DNA of 63,951 bases, filler included, from Lama guanicoe (GCA_013239625.1; 76 parts of 73 records of this genome joined end to end with filler, not necessarily neighbours in it); one strand, 5' to 3'. Positions 11,920 through 25,127 are shown, counted from the whole stretch's first letter. Numbers and translations are program-made. The notes: generated by a model from the letters alone, not told the origin.

Positions 11920-12122
11920 ATTGGTCCACCACAGCCAGAATTGCTGCTCCTTGCATGGGGGGCTGCCATGCTGCGATGTCCTGGGCTTTTTCTGGCACCA
12001 TGCGTCTATACTGGGTCGTCAAGTTTCCACATACCCACTCTGATTTCCAATATATTGTTNNNNNNNNNNNNNNNNNNNNNNNNNNNNNNNNNNNNNNNNN
12101 NNNNNNNNNNAACTGAATACGA
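11920..12122 (-). pseudogene. ANO6: ANO6 (TMEM16F) internal exon with two +1 frameshifts; unprocessed duplicate or error-rich fragment
   Basis: IQF-[gap][13 protein letters not shown] / [31 protein letters not shown] / TN|GTGAGT versus recalled ANO6 [46 protein letters not shown]. Extra bases at about 12021 and 11926; flanks look intronic. Confidence 0.85.
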
Positions 12123-14017
12123 AGGAATGGACACACAACATGGAGTGGTGGATGGATGGAAGGACAACATCAATTCCTTTACTCCTGTAAAGAGAGAGGG
12201 GCAAATGGTGAACTAATTCCCAAAGAGAAAAGACATTCATGGTAATACTAATGTTCAACAGTGAAAGAATGCAAACAAAAGGCAAATATAAAATCTCTGG
12301 GAAGAAGACTAATTACAACCTGTTTCTTTCACGTATATACCCTTAGTAGGAATAACATACTTAAAAATCTTTAACGAACCATAGTTATTTGCTGATAATA
12401 AACTTGGGAATCTAGAAGCATATTATTCACTCTCAGTGTTGAAATAATACAATCTTGGAAGATGATTTGTATTTGAGGATTAAAAAAAGAATATTGTGGA
12501 TGTATCTAACAATTTAAATAGAAATAAGAAATGTACCTTTGGGAAAGCTATGCATAGAGAATGTTGGAGGAAATACACTGAATATAAGCAAATGAGCAAG
12601 CTCCCTTGAGTCTGGGAGGGTGAGTGCAGCACATTCAGAGAATCTATGAAGTTATTACAAGTCACAGNNNNNNNNNNNNNNNNNNNNNNNNNNNNNNNNN
12701 NNNNNNNNNNNTTAATTAATTAANNNNNNNNNNNNNNNNNNNNNNNNNNNNNNNNNNNNNNNNNNNNCAGAGGAAGAAACTGAGCTAGAGTGAGGGCCAA
12801 CACTCTCTACCGCCCTGGAAGGGAGTTTGGAAGCGAATATTGTGAGACAGAGTCCCCACCTTTGGGTGAAGCTGGGGACCCTTACGTCCCACCTCCCTCA
12901 GTACCAGATGCAGCGGGCCCTGGAAGGGAGTGCAGGACCTCAAGCAAGCAGCTTTCTGTTGCGGACCCCGGAGTTGCTGACGGTCGGAAGCAGTCTGCCT
13001 CCCTCATTCCCCATCTTAAANNNNNNNNNNNNNNNNNNNNNNNNNNNNNNNNNNNNNNNNNNNNNNNNNNNNNNNNNNNNNNNNNNNNNNNNNNNNNNNN
13101 NNNNNNNNNNNNNNNNNNNNNNNNNNNNNNNNNNNNNNNNNNNNNNNNNNNNNNNNNNNNNNNNNNNNNNNNNNNNNNNNNNNNNNNNNNNNNNNNNNNN
13201 NNNNNNNNNNNNNNNNNNNNNNNNNNNNNNNNNNNNNNNNNNNNNNNNNNNNNNNNNNNNNNNNNNNNNNNNNNNNNNNNNNNNNNNNNNNNNNNNNNNN
13301 NNNNNNNNNNNNNNNNNNNNNNNNNNNNAGTATTTTCAATGAACAAATACTCAAGCAAAAATTTATATTTTATTTCACATATTTTACTTGCTTTTTCCCC
13401 CAGTTCCCTTTCCATTCTTCTTCCCTTCCCTTTTATTTTTTAAATTTCTCTTTTAGTTTGCCTCCTTCCTTCCTTCCTACCCATTGTGGCTCTGTTTTGA
13501 TTTTTGCTTTCTACCATTTTTTTCCATTTATTTTCTCACAGAAACAAACATCGGAAGGCCTCATTTTTGTTCATGAGTTATGGTGGCTCTCAGTGAAATG
13601 GCATTTGTGTTCCAGTTTTCTTCATTTACTATTAAAGTTTGTCATGGTCCTGCTTCAAGTGACCTTGGGGCTTCTAGTAACTATATTTGTTGCTAGTTTC
13701 CTTTCAACGGCAGCAGTGATTTTTGTTTTTTCACCCAAAAATAAACAAAAGAAAAAATTATGTACACAGAAATTAACAGATTCAAGAAACAAAATCTTTT
13801 TCTATATTGTGTTTGTTTTTTGGACGGTTCAGGGTAAATTATTCAAGGTTGCTTTCTTTCGATCAAATTTTTTTTTTAATGTAGTCAAGCTTTTCAGTAA
13901 TTTTTTTTCTATAAACANNNNNNNNNNNNNNNNNNNNNNNNNNNNNNNNNNNNNNNNNNNNTTAATTAATTAANNNNNNNNNNNNNNNNNNNNNNNNNNN
14001 NNNNNNNNNNNNNNNNN

Positions 14018-14037
14018 CACACACACACACACACACA
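14018..14037. repeat. (CA)n microsatellite at a scaffold edge
   Basis: Direct reading. Confidence 0.9.
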
Positions 14038-16460
14038 GACAATACACCAGTAAGAGGGAAATGGAAAAATATGTGATTCTCTAGTGACTCTCGGGGCAAT
14101 TTTGACCAGTAGCTAAACTTAAAAAAAAAAATTCCTGGACATATACAGTCTTAAAAATATATAAAGAGCCACCTAAGGTGAAGAGATAGAAGGGGGCACT
14201 TTGATGAAAATGACAAGGATTGAAGCGAGAGAATGAAACAGGAATAGAGCAAATGGTTTTGTGAAATGGCCATTCTGTATTTAACAGTGAGTAAGGCACA
14301 AGATGTGTTTACATTGCTGGAGAGAAAAGGGGATAATTCATACAATCTCTGGTCCCCAAGAAGCTATACCTTGCAATACAATTTACCCCATTCATAAGGA
14401 AGAGATACTCAACTCTAGAGGGCAGAAGTCAATGAGAGGACTGCAGGGAGATTGAAAGAAGATAATATGAATGATCCTTGAGTGGATAAAGCAAGGAGAG
14501 AAGATGAAACTTGTTCTGCTGGTAATGAAAAATGAGATAATGGGGGAATGAAAAAAATGCAATGCCCATTGTTCTGGAAATAATACAAGCAAAAGATATG
14601 GATAAGAACAGAAGTTGATTTGAACCTTTTAAAGGAGAGACCCGAATAGAACACACTGATGTCTTGGAGGGAAAAATATATTAGGGAATTGTCAGCATGA
14701 AAGTTGAAAATTGTTGATGGAGATCAGCTATGAAGTTTTAAACAGCCAATGGATGGCTTTGAGTGCAACATTATCTCGTTGACAGCCAGCATGCATCATA
14801 TAATGTGGCACGCCACGGATGCTCAACACACGAGTGATTAAATCACACGGATCAATGAATGAATAAAAACAAGTAAGTGANNNNNNNNNNNNNNNNNNNN
14901 NNNNNNNNNNNNNNNNNNNNNNNNTTAATTAATTAANNNNNNNNNNNNNNNNNNNNNNNNNNNNNNNNNNNNNNNNNNNNTGCCTTACGGCAAGATGCCC
15001 TCTTGCCCCTTTGCCTGCAGGTGCATGACGGTGCAACGTAAAAAGGCGCCTTTAGGTGGGAGCCACGTATCTGGCCCAGAGGGCCCCCTTCCCCGTGACA
15101 TGTGTTGAGATTTAAGCCTGCTGGTGCACGGGCATGGCACACGTTTGCTGAGATCCCGGGTGGGCTGCGGTGGACAGTGACGTGCCGATTTTGCCCCATT
15201 CGAGGTTTCCTTTCGCANNNNNNNNNNNNNNNNNNNNNNNAACAGGGCATTGCCGTGAGTCCCATGGTGGGGTTACAGTGCTGAGAAGAGGTCCTCGGTT
15301 GAGGGTGGTGGGCTGTGGCTTCATCCAAGGGGACATCCTTTGAGACTGTGTGCCCTGAAGCTAAGCTCNNNNNNNNNNNNNNNNNNNNNNNNNNNNNNNN
15401 NNNNNNNNNNNNTTAATTAATTAANNNNNNNNNNNNNNNNNNNNNNNNNNNNNNNNNNNNNNNNNNNNAGTTAGGAGTGGGGTCCAGCTTGCCCTTGTTC
15501 ACACTGCTGCAACCACCCCCCACGGAGCCAACATCAGAGAGCTGTCTTAGGGTCAGTCGTGTGCACGCATTAGTTGAGGCATGCTGGGATGAGAGGTCCT
15601 TGTTTGAGTGGCCGTTGTGGGATGTGGCAGGGGCCAGCTCCCCTGCTGCTCCTGGAAGTGGGAGTGCAGGATTGGCATAGGCCCAGTGAACAGGTGGCAT
15701 GCAAAATTTGGTTTGAGGCAGCTTCACGCTATTTGGGGTGTGGCCCAAGGTCGTGTGTGTCTCAGAGCCAAGGAGAAGGGGTATGTTTTTATCACACTGC
15801 AGCAGCAGTGGAGGCGTGTGCCACGCGTGTTCTGGAGTTCCTTGGTCGTGGAGAGGACTCCTGAGTGCCCAGTGGCTATGTGGCATTTCTCGGTCGGTGA
15901 AGTGCCAGGAGCCGGCTGAGGGACTGGGTGGCGGTGCTAGCCTTGCAGCTCCCTCCTACACCCACTGCCCCCGTGTTGGTGCCAGGGCACAAGCATGGGG
16001 CGTGCTGAGGACTCAGCGCTGCCTCCAAGCAACTGCGGTAGCTGATGGCCTGCACCAGAAGGGAAGGGTCAGCTGAGGTTAACGCTGGTGTGGTTTTGTG
16101 TGTTTTCCTGTGCCACGCTGTCGTCCTGTTGTTCCTCCTGCTGTGCTGGAAGTCTGAGGAATGTGTCTGTTTGAAGAGGGTCTGTCCGTAAAAGCCTAGG
16201 GAGGAAGGCTTTTCTGTTCCGTAGGGATGGGCAGTGCTAGCAGAGCCCTGAAGCCTTGGCTTGCTGACTCGTCCAAGAGACTCCCAAGTGGTGTCTTGCA
16301 GGAGCCTGAGGGAGATCCGCCGGCAGCCGGGGTCCAGATGACTGACAGAAACATGGCCTTNNNNNNNNNNNNNNNNNNNNNNNNNNNNNNNNNNNNNNNN
16401 NNNNTTAATTAATTAANNNNNNNNNNNNNNNNNNNNNNNNNNNNNNNNNNNNNNNNNNNN

Positions 16461-17414
16461 TTCTACATTCTACCTTCCATATTCTCCATTCCATAGTCTA
16501 TATTCTATATACTTTGTTATACATTATATATTTTAAATTCTATATTCAGTATTCTGTATTTTGTATTCTAAATTCTGTGTTCTGTATTCCATGTTCTAAA
16601 TTCTGGGTTCTATATTCTATATTCTGCATTCTATATTCTAATTTCCGTATCCTATATTCTGAATTCGGTATTCTACATTGTATAATCTAAATTCTATATT
16701 CATTATTCTGTTTTCTATATTCTAAATTCTGTGTTCTGCATTCCATTTTCTAAATTCTGGGTTCTATATTCTCTTCTCTATATTCTAAATTCTGTGTTCT
16801 ACATTCTATATTCTAAATTCTATATTCAGTATTCTGTATTCTATAANNNNNNNNNNNNNNNNNNNNNNNNNNNNNNNNNNNNNNNNNNNNNNNNNNNNNN
16901 NNNNNNNNNNNNNNNNNNNNNNNNNNNNNNNNNNNNNNNNNNNNNNNNNNNNNNTCTACATTCTCTAAATTGTATATTCAGGATTCCGTATTCTATATTC
17001 TATACTCTGTGTTCTACAATCTATATTCTAAATTATATATTCAGTATACATTATTCTATATTCTAAATTAGTGTTCTGCATTCCGTGTTCTAAGTTATGG
17101 GTTCTATATTCTGTATTCTATATTCTATATTTGTGTTCTTCATTTTATTTTCTTCATACTATATTCTGCATTCCGTATTCTATACTCTATATTCTGTGTT
17201 GTACATTCTATTTTCTAAAACCTATATTCAGTATTCTGTATTCTATATTCTAAATTCTCTGTTCGCATTCCATTTCTGAATTCTGGGTTCTATATTCTCT
17301 ATTGTATATTCTATATTATGTGTTCTTCATTCTATTTTCTACCTTCTATATTCTCAATTCCGTAGTCTATATTATATATTCTGTGTTATACATTCTATAT
17401 TCTAAATTCTATAT
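16461..17414 (-). repeat. Satellite A (7-bp periodic)
   Basis: ATATTCT/GTGTTCT/GCATTCC heptamers. Confidence 0.95.
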
Positions 17415-18659
17415 NNNNNNNNNNNNNNNNNNNNNNNNNNNNNNNNNNNNNNNNNNNNTTAATTAATTAANNNNNNNNNNNNNNNNNNNNNNNNNNNNNN
17501 NNNNNNNNNNNNNNTCTACACTGATAAGTCAAAAGCTACTGCTTACTTTCAGAATAAGAAATCTTAAAGAAAAATATTGTTTGTATGTCCATCTATAGTT
17601 TTCTACCTGGGAAAAGTAGGCTATTTGCAAAAGTACAAAAGTTGGCTGGTGTTTTGAAAACTATTCTCTGAGCTCTGCCCACTGAATTCTTCCCATTAAA
17701 TACTACAGATTTGTCTACCACTGTGTGTGTATGTGAAGATGGATTTTTAAGCAGTAACTAAGATTGTCTTAGTTGAGTCATCAGTGGATTATTCCTCTGC
17801 ATGTTTCAGAATTTCTGTGAATTAAGAGTTTCATTGAGCCACCAGATTTTCTTCCAATCAGGGAGAGGTAGATTATATTTCTCCCAGTATACTAATTGTT
17901 ACCTGTTCATTGAATCCCGAGCTAATGCTAGGGCCAAGCCACTGAACCCTTGAATTGGACTNNNNNNNNNNNNNNNNNNNNNNNNNNNNNNNNNNNNNNN
18001 NNNNNNNNNNNNNNNNNNNNNNNNNNNNNNNNNNNNNNNNNNNNNNNNNNNNNNNNNNNNNNNNNNNNNNNNNNNNNNNNNNNNNNNNNNNNNNNNNNNN
18101 NNNNNNNNNNNNNNNNNNNNNNNNNNNNNNNNNTTCATCTACAAATAGCAATAACCTTTCTTTCATTAGACTACCTGAAATACAGTAAGCATAGTCATCA
18201 TTTTGAAAGCAGTCCTCAGTCCTAATAATGCAGAATCTTTACATTTCTTTGCCAGCACTTGAGCGAGGATGTTTCTTATGGATCTGAAGTATTATTTTCA
18301 CATCCCCTTATGCATCCTTGAGAAAATACCATATTGTTATCCAAAATAATGTTTTTGTCAGTATTGCATTCCCATTGCAAAACAGTTAAGAATTGTAGGA
18401 GTTCTGAGATTTTACCATGCTGAGATTTTTAGCAACCTAGTATGTTCCTTTCTTACTGATGCTGTTGGGGAGATGAGACCTTTGGTCAGAGACAGTGAAC
18501 TTGACCATTCACAGCAAAAGCAGCCATGGTTAACATTTGTATCCATTCACTAATCTCAGNNNNNNNNNNNNNNNNNNNNNNNNNNNNNNNNNNNNNNNNN
18601 NNNTTAATTAATTAANNNNNNNNNNNNNNNNNNNNNNNNNNNNNNNNNNNNNNNNNNNN

Positions 18660-19405
18660 TCTTTTAGTAACTTTGTTCCCTTATTAATTTTCTGTGTGAA
18701 AGACAAATTTAGTGATGGTAATGGGGAGTTATAGTCTCCTACTGTGCTTGTGTTCCCAGGGATTTCTCTCTATTAATCTATTAGCATTTGTCTTTTATTT
18801 AGGTACTCCTATATTGAGTGATTATACCTTAATTTGTATAATACCCTCATTGTTTATTGCTCCTTTAATCATTATATCATGTCCTTATTTATGTTCCTCT
18901 AGGGCCTTTGTTGTAAAGTCTCTTTTGTGTGAAGTCAGTACTGCTTGTCCTGCTTTCTTGTCATGTGCATTTGCATGGAATATAATTTTCCATCTTCTGA
19001 CTTTCAATTGATGTGTGTTCCTCTTACTAAAGTGGGTATCTTGCATGCTTCATAATGTAGGGTCTTGTTATATTATCCCATTGAAGCACTTAGTCCATTA
19101 ACATTTGTTATAGTTATTGAAAGACTGGTGTTTATTTCCAATTTGAACATTTTCCAGTTGATTTTGTATTTATTTTTGTTCATTTCTTTTTCTTTTTGTG
19201 ACTTGATAAATTTTATTTTATTATCTTGGGTTCTTTTTGTCTTTGTGACTTCATTGTAAGATTTTGACTTATGGTTACCTTGTTTTGTATTTATATTGAC
19301 CCATACCATATCTGTTTATTATAACTGATAACAATACAAACTGAAACCCATTCTACAGAGAAGAGAAACAAGAAAAAACACACTATATTGACCTGTTTCA
19401 CTCTG
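18660..19405 (-). mobile_element. Decayed LINE-1 inter-ORF region and ORF2 endonuclease start
   Basis: INTSLSITITNVNGLSA matches the L1 ORF2p N-terminal motif. Confidence 0.85.
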
Positions 19406-19505
19406 NNNNNNNNNNNNNNNNNNNNNNNNNNNNNNNNNNNNNNNNNNNNTTAATTAATTAANNNNNNNNNNNNNNNNNNNNNNNNNNNNNNNNNNNNNNN
19501 NNNNN

Positions 19506-20103
19506 CTTGGCTCGGAGCAGGGACGAGGCTGTCCCTCGGTCTTCCCCGAGCCCAACAGCGGAGCGCGACCAGGGTGGAGCGCCGGCCAGGGCGGAGCGCC
19601 GGCGCAGAGCGCGGAGCCGCACAGAGCAGCGGAGCTACCCGCGGCGCTGGCAGGGGGAGAGCGGCCCCCCGCCTGTCGGGCAGGAACACAACCCCTGACC
19701 GAGGTGCTGGGAGGGGGCACGACCCGCCATCATGCCTGTCCAGTCTGCAACATCTGACTGCGGCATCCGGAGGGGCAGTGACCCGCCCGCCCGCAGCAAA
19801 AGAGAGCTGCATCTGACCCCGTGTTAGGAGGAGGCGCGATCTGCTTGCCGACAAGTGCTGACACAGAAAAGGGCGCCAATGGAGGGCCTATGAAAACAAG
19901 CTGAGCTTCCAAAACAGAACGAAGACAGAAGGACATCACATTAAAAGCACACACACTCCAGGAGAACACCGACAACCCCTTTTATTTTGTTGTTGTTTTT
20001 GTTTTTTGTTTTTGTTTTTGTTTTGTTTTAATCTGTTTTTATCTGTTCTATTTCCAATTACTCTTTTAATTTTTACTTCTTAATTCATTTCTATTTCTCT
20101 TGG
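19506..20103 (+). mobile_element. LINE-1 5' UTR fragment (same family as 1-1086 and 38796-39598)
   Basis: Its 5' part is the reverse complement of about 623-897. Its 3' part (CCAGGAGAACACCGACAACCCC...) is the reverse complement of about 39360-39595. Confidence 0.85.
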
Positions 20104-20203
20104 NNNNNNNNNNNNNNNNNNNNNNNNNNNNNNNNNNNNNNNNNNNNTTAATTAATTAANNNNNNNNNNNNNNNNNNNNNNNNNNNNNNNNNNNNNNNNN
20201 NNN

Positions 20204-21049
20204 CGGTCGGCAGCGCGTGGGTTCTAAGGGAATGCCTGTGCTCGTCTCCGCTAAGGATTTTCCTCATGTCTGTGTGCCAGGGAATGACAGGGGGTGTTGC
20301 AGGAAGTCCCAGTGGCAGAGGCTGCCTCCCCAAGGTCAGGGAAGGTATTTCTCGGACTTCCCCGAGCAGGGAACACCTGTGACTGAAGATAGCTTCGTGG
20401 AGTTGTCTCTCGAGATCCCCCACTCAATGAGAATGGTTCCGGAATCCTGAGCGTGGGGAGGTTCCACCAACGGTCGGCAGCGCGTGGGTTCNNNNNNNNN
20501 NNNNNNNNNNNNNNNNNNNNNNNNNNNNNNNNNNNNNNNNNNNNNNNNNNNNNNNNNNNNNNNNNNNNNNNNNNNNNNNNNNNNNNNNNNNNNNNNNNNN
20601 NNNNNNNNNNNNNNNNNNNNNNNNNNNNNNNNNNNNNNNNNNNNNNNNNNNNNNNNNNNTCTCTCGAGCTCCCCCACTCAATGACTATTTTTCCGGAATC
20701 CTGAGCGTGTGGAGGTTCCACCAACGGTCGGCAGCGCGTGGGTTCTAACGGAATGCCCGTGCTCGTCTCCCCTGAGGGTTTTCCTCATGTCTCTGTGCCA
20801 GGGAATGCTAGGGGGGGTTGTAGGAAATCCCAGTGACCGAGGCTTCCTCCCCAAGGTCAGGGAAGTTATTTCTCGCACTTCCCCGAGCAGGGAACCTGTG
20901 AGTTAAAAGAGCTTCGTGGAGTTGTCTCTCGAGATCCCCCACTCAATGACTTTGGTTCCGGAATCCTGAGCGTGTGGAGGTTCCACCAACGGTCGGCAGG
21001 CCGTGGGTTGTAACGGAATGCCTGTGCTCGTCTCCCCTGAGTGTTTTTC
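20204..21049 (-). repeat. Satellite C: 267-bp GC-rich tandem repeat
   Basis: Reverse complement of the unit in 29806-31234. Confidence 0.93.
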
Positions 21050-21334
21050 NNNNNNNNNNNNNNNNNNNNNNNNNNNNNNNNNNNNNNNNNNNNTTAATTA
21101 ATTAANNNNNNNNNNNNNNNNNNNNNNNNNNNNNNNNNNNNNNNNNNNNCAGATATACTGCCTGGAAAACAATTAACACCAATCATGGTGCACTCTCCAT
21201 GGACAGTGGCCGAGACACGACTATGAGAACCTGCGTAACTCTCCTTTCCCTGTCCTTTCTGGGCTAACTGATGCACAGAGGTACAGAGATTCTGGGATGC
21301 AGATACATCTAAACACCTAAAGTCCATCCCTGGG

Positions 21335-21565
21335 AGCCTGGAAACCAGACAGCCAGGGTTTAAATCCCAGCTCTGCCACTTACTAGCTCTGTGACTTTGG
21401 CCAACTTACTTACCCTCTGTGTGCCTCAATTTCCACACTGTAAACCTGGGACAACAATCAAACCTTCCTTACTCACTTGTTGAGAAGATTGAAGGATTCA
21501 TTTCTGTAAAACTCCCAGAAAAGAATGTAGCACACTTTTGGTGCTCGACGAATGTCAACTTAATA
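21335..21565 (+). mobile_element. MIR SINE, near full length
   Basis: GGTTTAAATCCCAGCTCTGCCACTTACTAGCTCTGTGACTTTGGCCAACTTACTTACCCTCTGTGTGCCTCAATTTCC matches the MIR core. Confidence 0.9.
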
Positions 21566-22576
21566 TCAAAGTGATTTACAAGTCTCCCTTCTAATCATCT
21601 TATGTGTTTCCTGGCTAGTCTAAGTCCCAAAGAAAATCCTTACTAGTCTAAGTCCCAAAGAAAATCCTTATTTCTACTTTTATAAACTCTTGGGGAGCAC
21701 CCTTCTCTTCCATCCCACCACCTGTTTAAACCAAGGGAGGTGATGCCTCCTAACCACTCCTCTGGGCCATGGAGAGTGCTTCTCCGTTCACACCTCTGGC
21801 CCCTGGCCCACACATAGCACTCATCACACTAACAGAGTGAGGTGTGAGTCCGGGGAGACAAGNNNNNNNNNNNNNNNNNNNNNNNNNNNNNNNNNNNNNN
21901 NNNNNNTTAATTAATTAANNNNNNNNNNNNNNNNNNNNNNNNNNNNNNNNNNNNNNNNNNNNATCAACTAAAAATGTATGAAAAGCTACTGAAGGAAAAG
22001 TACTACAAGATGCAGCGTTTACACATCGGTTCATCTGGGAAATCTGGATTTGACTGTCAAGGTGACCCACACAACTGAATCTTCTCTCTCTCTCTTTTCT
22101 TTTACTTTTTTTGTTCACACAACTGAATCTTAATTTCAAAATACTCATTTTAGGTATGAGCATTTCATTTATCTGCTTCATCACAATACTAAAATGTGGT
22201 GACAGAAAGGTTAAAATGATTTGGGTAGTATAAGACTAAATTACTATTACCTGCCTGTACCTGTCAACAACTTACAGCTTAATCTCTTAAAATTTCAGGT
22301 GACAAGGCATATTTACTCAAAGTAAAGCACCTCTCAGGTCTAATTTTTGTTTGCTAGATACAAGATATGCTTTTAGGCTGCTTTACAGTGTATATATTTA
22401 TAGCCCAGCATTTTTAACATTCAACTGGTTTCAACATTTAGCTTTCATCAGATACTACTTTGAATTTTCTTTGAGGNNNNNNNNNNNNNNNNNNNNNNNN
22501 NNNNNNNNNNNNNNNNNNNNTTAATTAATTAANNNNNNNNNNNNNNNNNNNNNNNNNNNNNNNNNNNNNNNNNNNN

Positions 22577-23692
22577 GCCGTCCTTCACCTAGCTTGTTGG
22601 GAACACAAAGTTTCTCTTCAGTTACTGACTCCCATCCTTACATATAAATTTGGAGGTACAAGCTCCAACTCGGTTTTACGGTGACAACTGCAGGAACATC
22701 AAACCGGCACTAGGAAACAGACTGATAAACCAGAGTAACTGTTTCTCCTGCAAANNNNNNNNNNNNNNNNNNNNNNNNNNNNNNNNNNNNNNNNNNNNNN
22801 NNNNNNNNNNNNNNNNNNNNNNNNNNNNNNNNNNNNNNNNNNNNNNNNNNNNNNNNNNNNNNNNNNNNNNNNNNNNNNNNNNNNNNNNNNNNNNNNNNNN
22901 NNNNNNNNNNNNNNNNNNNNNNNNNNNNNNNNNNNNNNNNNNNNNNNNNNNNNNNNNNNNNNNNNNNNNNNNNNNNNNNNNNNNNNNNNNNNNNNNNNNN
23001 NNNNNNNNNNNNNNNNNNNNNNNNNNNNNNNNNNNNNNNNNNNNNNNNNNNNNNNNNNNNNNNNNNNNNNNNNNNNNNNNNNNNNNNNNNNNNNNNNNNN
23101 NNNNNNNNNNNNNNNNNNNNNNNNNNNNNNNNNNNNNNNNNNNNNNNNNNNNNNNNNNNNNNNNNNNNNNNNNNNNNNNNNNNNNNNNNNNNNNNNNNNN
23201 NNNNNNNNNNNNNNNNNNNNNNNNNNNNNNNNNNNNNNNNNNNNNNNNNNNNNNNNNNNNNNNNNNNNNNNNNNNNNNNNNNNNNNNNNNNNNNNNNNNN
23301 NNNNNNNNNNNNNNNNNNNNNNNNNNNNNNNNNNNNNNNNNNNNNNNNNNNNNNNNNNNNNNNNNNNNNNNNNNNNNNNNNNNNNNNNNNNNNNNNNNNN
23401 NNNNNNNNNNNNNNNNNNNNNNNNNNNNNNNNNNNNNNNNNNNNNNNNNNNNNNNNNNNNNNNNNNNNNNNNNNNNNNNNNNNNNNNNNNNNNNNNNNNN
23501 NNNNNNNNNNNNNNNNNNNNNNNNNNNNNNNNNNNNNNNNNNNNNTGTCCACATGCTCAGTTTTGAGATTTAAACGTGTGTGAAAGGAGCCCTTCTGCAA
23601 GCTTGTTGGGAACACAAAGTTCCTCTTAAGTTGCAAATTCCAAAACATATATATATATATATTGGGTGGTGTAAAACACCAAATCGGATTCA
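22577..23692 (+). repeat. Satellite B (249-bp), mostly gap
   Basis: GCCGTCCTTCACCTAGCTTG...GGAACACAAAG and CTCCAACTCGGTTTTAC are shared with 9256-10068. Confidence 0.9.
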
Positions 23693-23792
23693 NNNNNNNN
23701 NNNNNNNNNNNNNNNNNNNNNNNNNNNNNNNNNNNNTTAATTAATTAANNNNNNNNNNNNNNNNNNNNNNNNNNNNNNNNNNNNNNNNNNNN

Positions 23793-24323
23793 GTTTGCAC
23801 TTGCTTTCCTATGTGTGCTTCTGACCGAGGGAATTCTGTTCACCTGTGTTCACAGTCATTCACGCGTCCCTCTACATTATCTAGTCTGCTAAGGACTGAA
23901 TTTTAGCCTTGATATATTCACATCCATTGAGTTTTCTGATATACTTTGGCTCGTCTTCAGACTTTATTTTCCCCTTTCCTGGTATTATGCCTTTTGTGAT
24001 TCTGAGACTCTGTAGTTGTTCTTCAGTGATTTCCTGACCTCCATTTTCAACACTTGGTCTGGACAGCGTTTTGCAGTCTAGTTGTTTGAAAGCTTATCTT
24101 TTGGGCCTTCAATATCTTTGGAACTGAAAATGGTACTTATTGTTTCTTTTACTGTACATCTTCAAATCTACTGATCACGTAATATCAAGTATCTAATGTA
24201 GTCTTCCAGGGCTTTGTTAAGTGAAAATTTTAGACACTTGGCTCGACGCAATTCGATGAGATTTCTGTGAGGACAAATTTCTCCTAGACATTGATGCCAT
24301 ATTCTGTTCCTGTGTGTGTTGTC
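23793..24323 (-). repeat. Repeat F copy 1: amplified, highly decayed L1 ORF1-derived sequence
   Basis: GTTTGCACTTGCTTTCCTATGT...CATTCACGC is shared with 35098-35191 and, reversed, with 57314-57430. Confidence 0.7.
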
Positions 24324-24423
24324 NNNNNNNNNNNNNNNNNNNNNNNNNNNNNNNNNNNNNNNNNNNNTTAATTAATTAANNNNNNNNNNNNNNNNNNNNN
24401 NNNNNNNNNNNNNNNNNNNNNNN

Positions 24424-25127
24424 ATATAGAATTTTGAATAAAGAATGTAGAACACAGCATATAGAATATAGATTCGACATGCAGAATATAGAATGTAGAA
24501 TATAGAATTGAGAACACAAAATTTAGTATATAGAACAGAGAATATAGAACACAGAATTTAAACATGGAATGTAGTACACATATTTAAGACTATAGAATAC
24601 AGAATACGGAATATAGAATTTAGAATATAGAATGTAGACACAGATGTAGAATATAGAATACGGAATGCAGAATATAGAATTTAGAATATAGAATGTAGAA
24701 CACAGAATATTGAATATAGATTACAAAATATAGAACCTAGGATTTAGAACATGGAATGCAGAACACAGAATTTAGAATGTATAATACAACCTAAATATAC
24801 CGTTTAGATTATAGAATGTAGAACACAGAATTTAGAATATAGAATAGAGAATATAGAAACCAGAATTTAGAACATGGAATGCAGAACACAGAATTTAGAA
24901 TATAGAATACCGAATGCAGAATATAGAATTTAGTATATTGAATGAGGAACACAGAATTTTGAATATAGAATACAGAATATACAACACAGAATTTAGAAAA
25001 AGGAATGCAGAAATGAGGATTTAGGTTATAGAATACAGAATACTGATTATAAAATTTAGAATATACAATATAGTACACAGAATATCGAATATAGAATACA
25101 GAATATAGAACCCATTATTTAGAGCAT
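24424..25127 (+). repeat. Satellite A (7-bp periodic)
   Basis: Heptamer run. Confidence 0.95.

Noticed and set aside
13458..13917. Long ORF with a hydrophobic stretch and basic tail after an acceptor-like site at about 13541
   Set aside because: T-rich composition explains the hydrophobicity and I recognise no family. It may be a terminal exon or 3' UTR, but that is unsupported.
22650..23648. Long ORFs of about 290-312 aa here and similar ones elsewhere (e.g. 27312-28145, 35903-36757, 43949-44574)
   Set aside because: They are almost entirely X from N gaps. Many other ORFs end in the linker-derived LIN/N.
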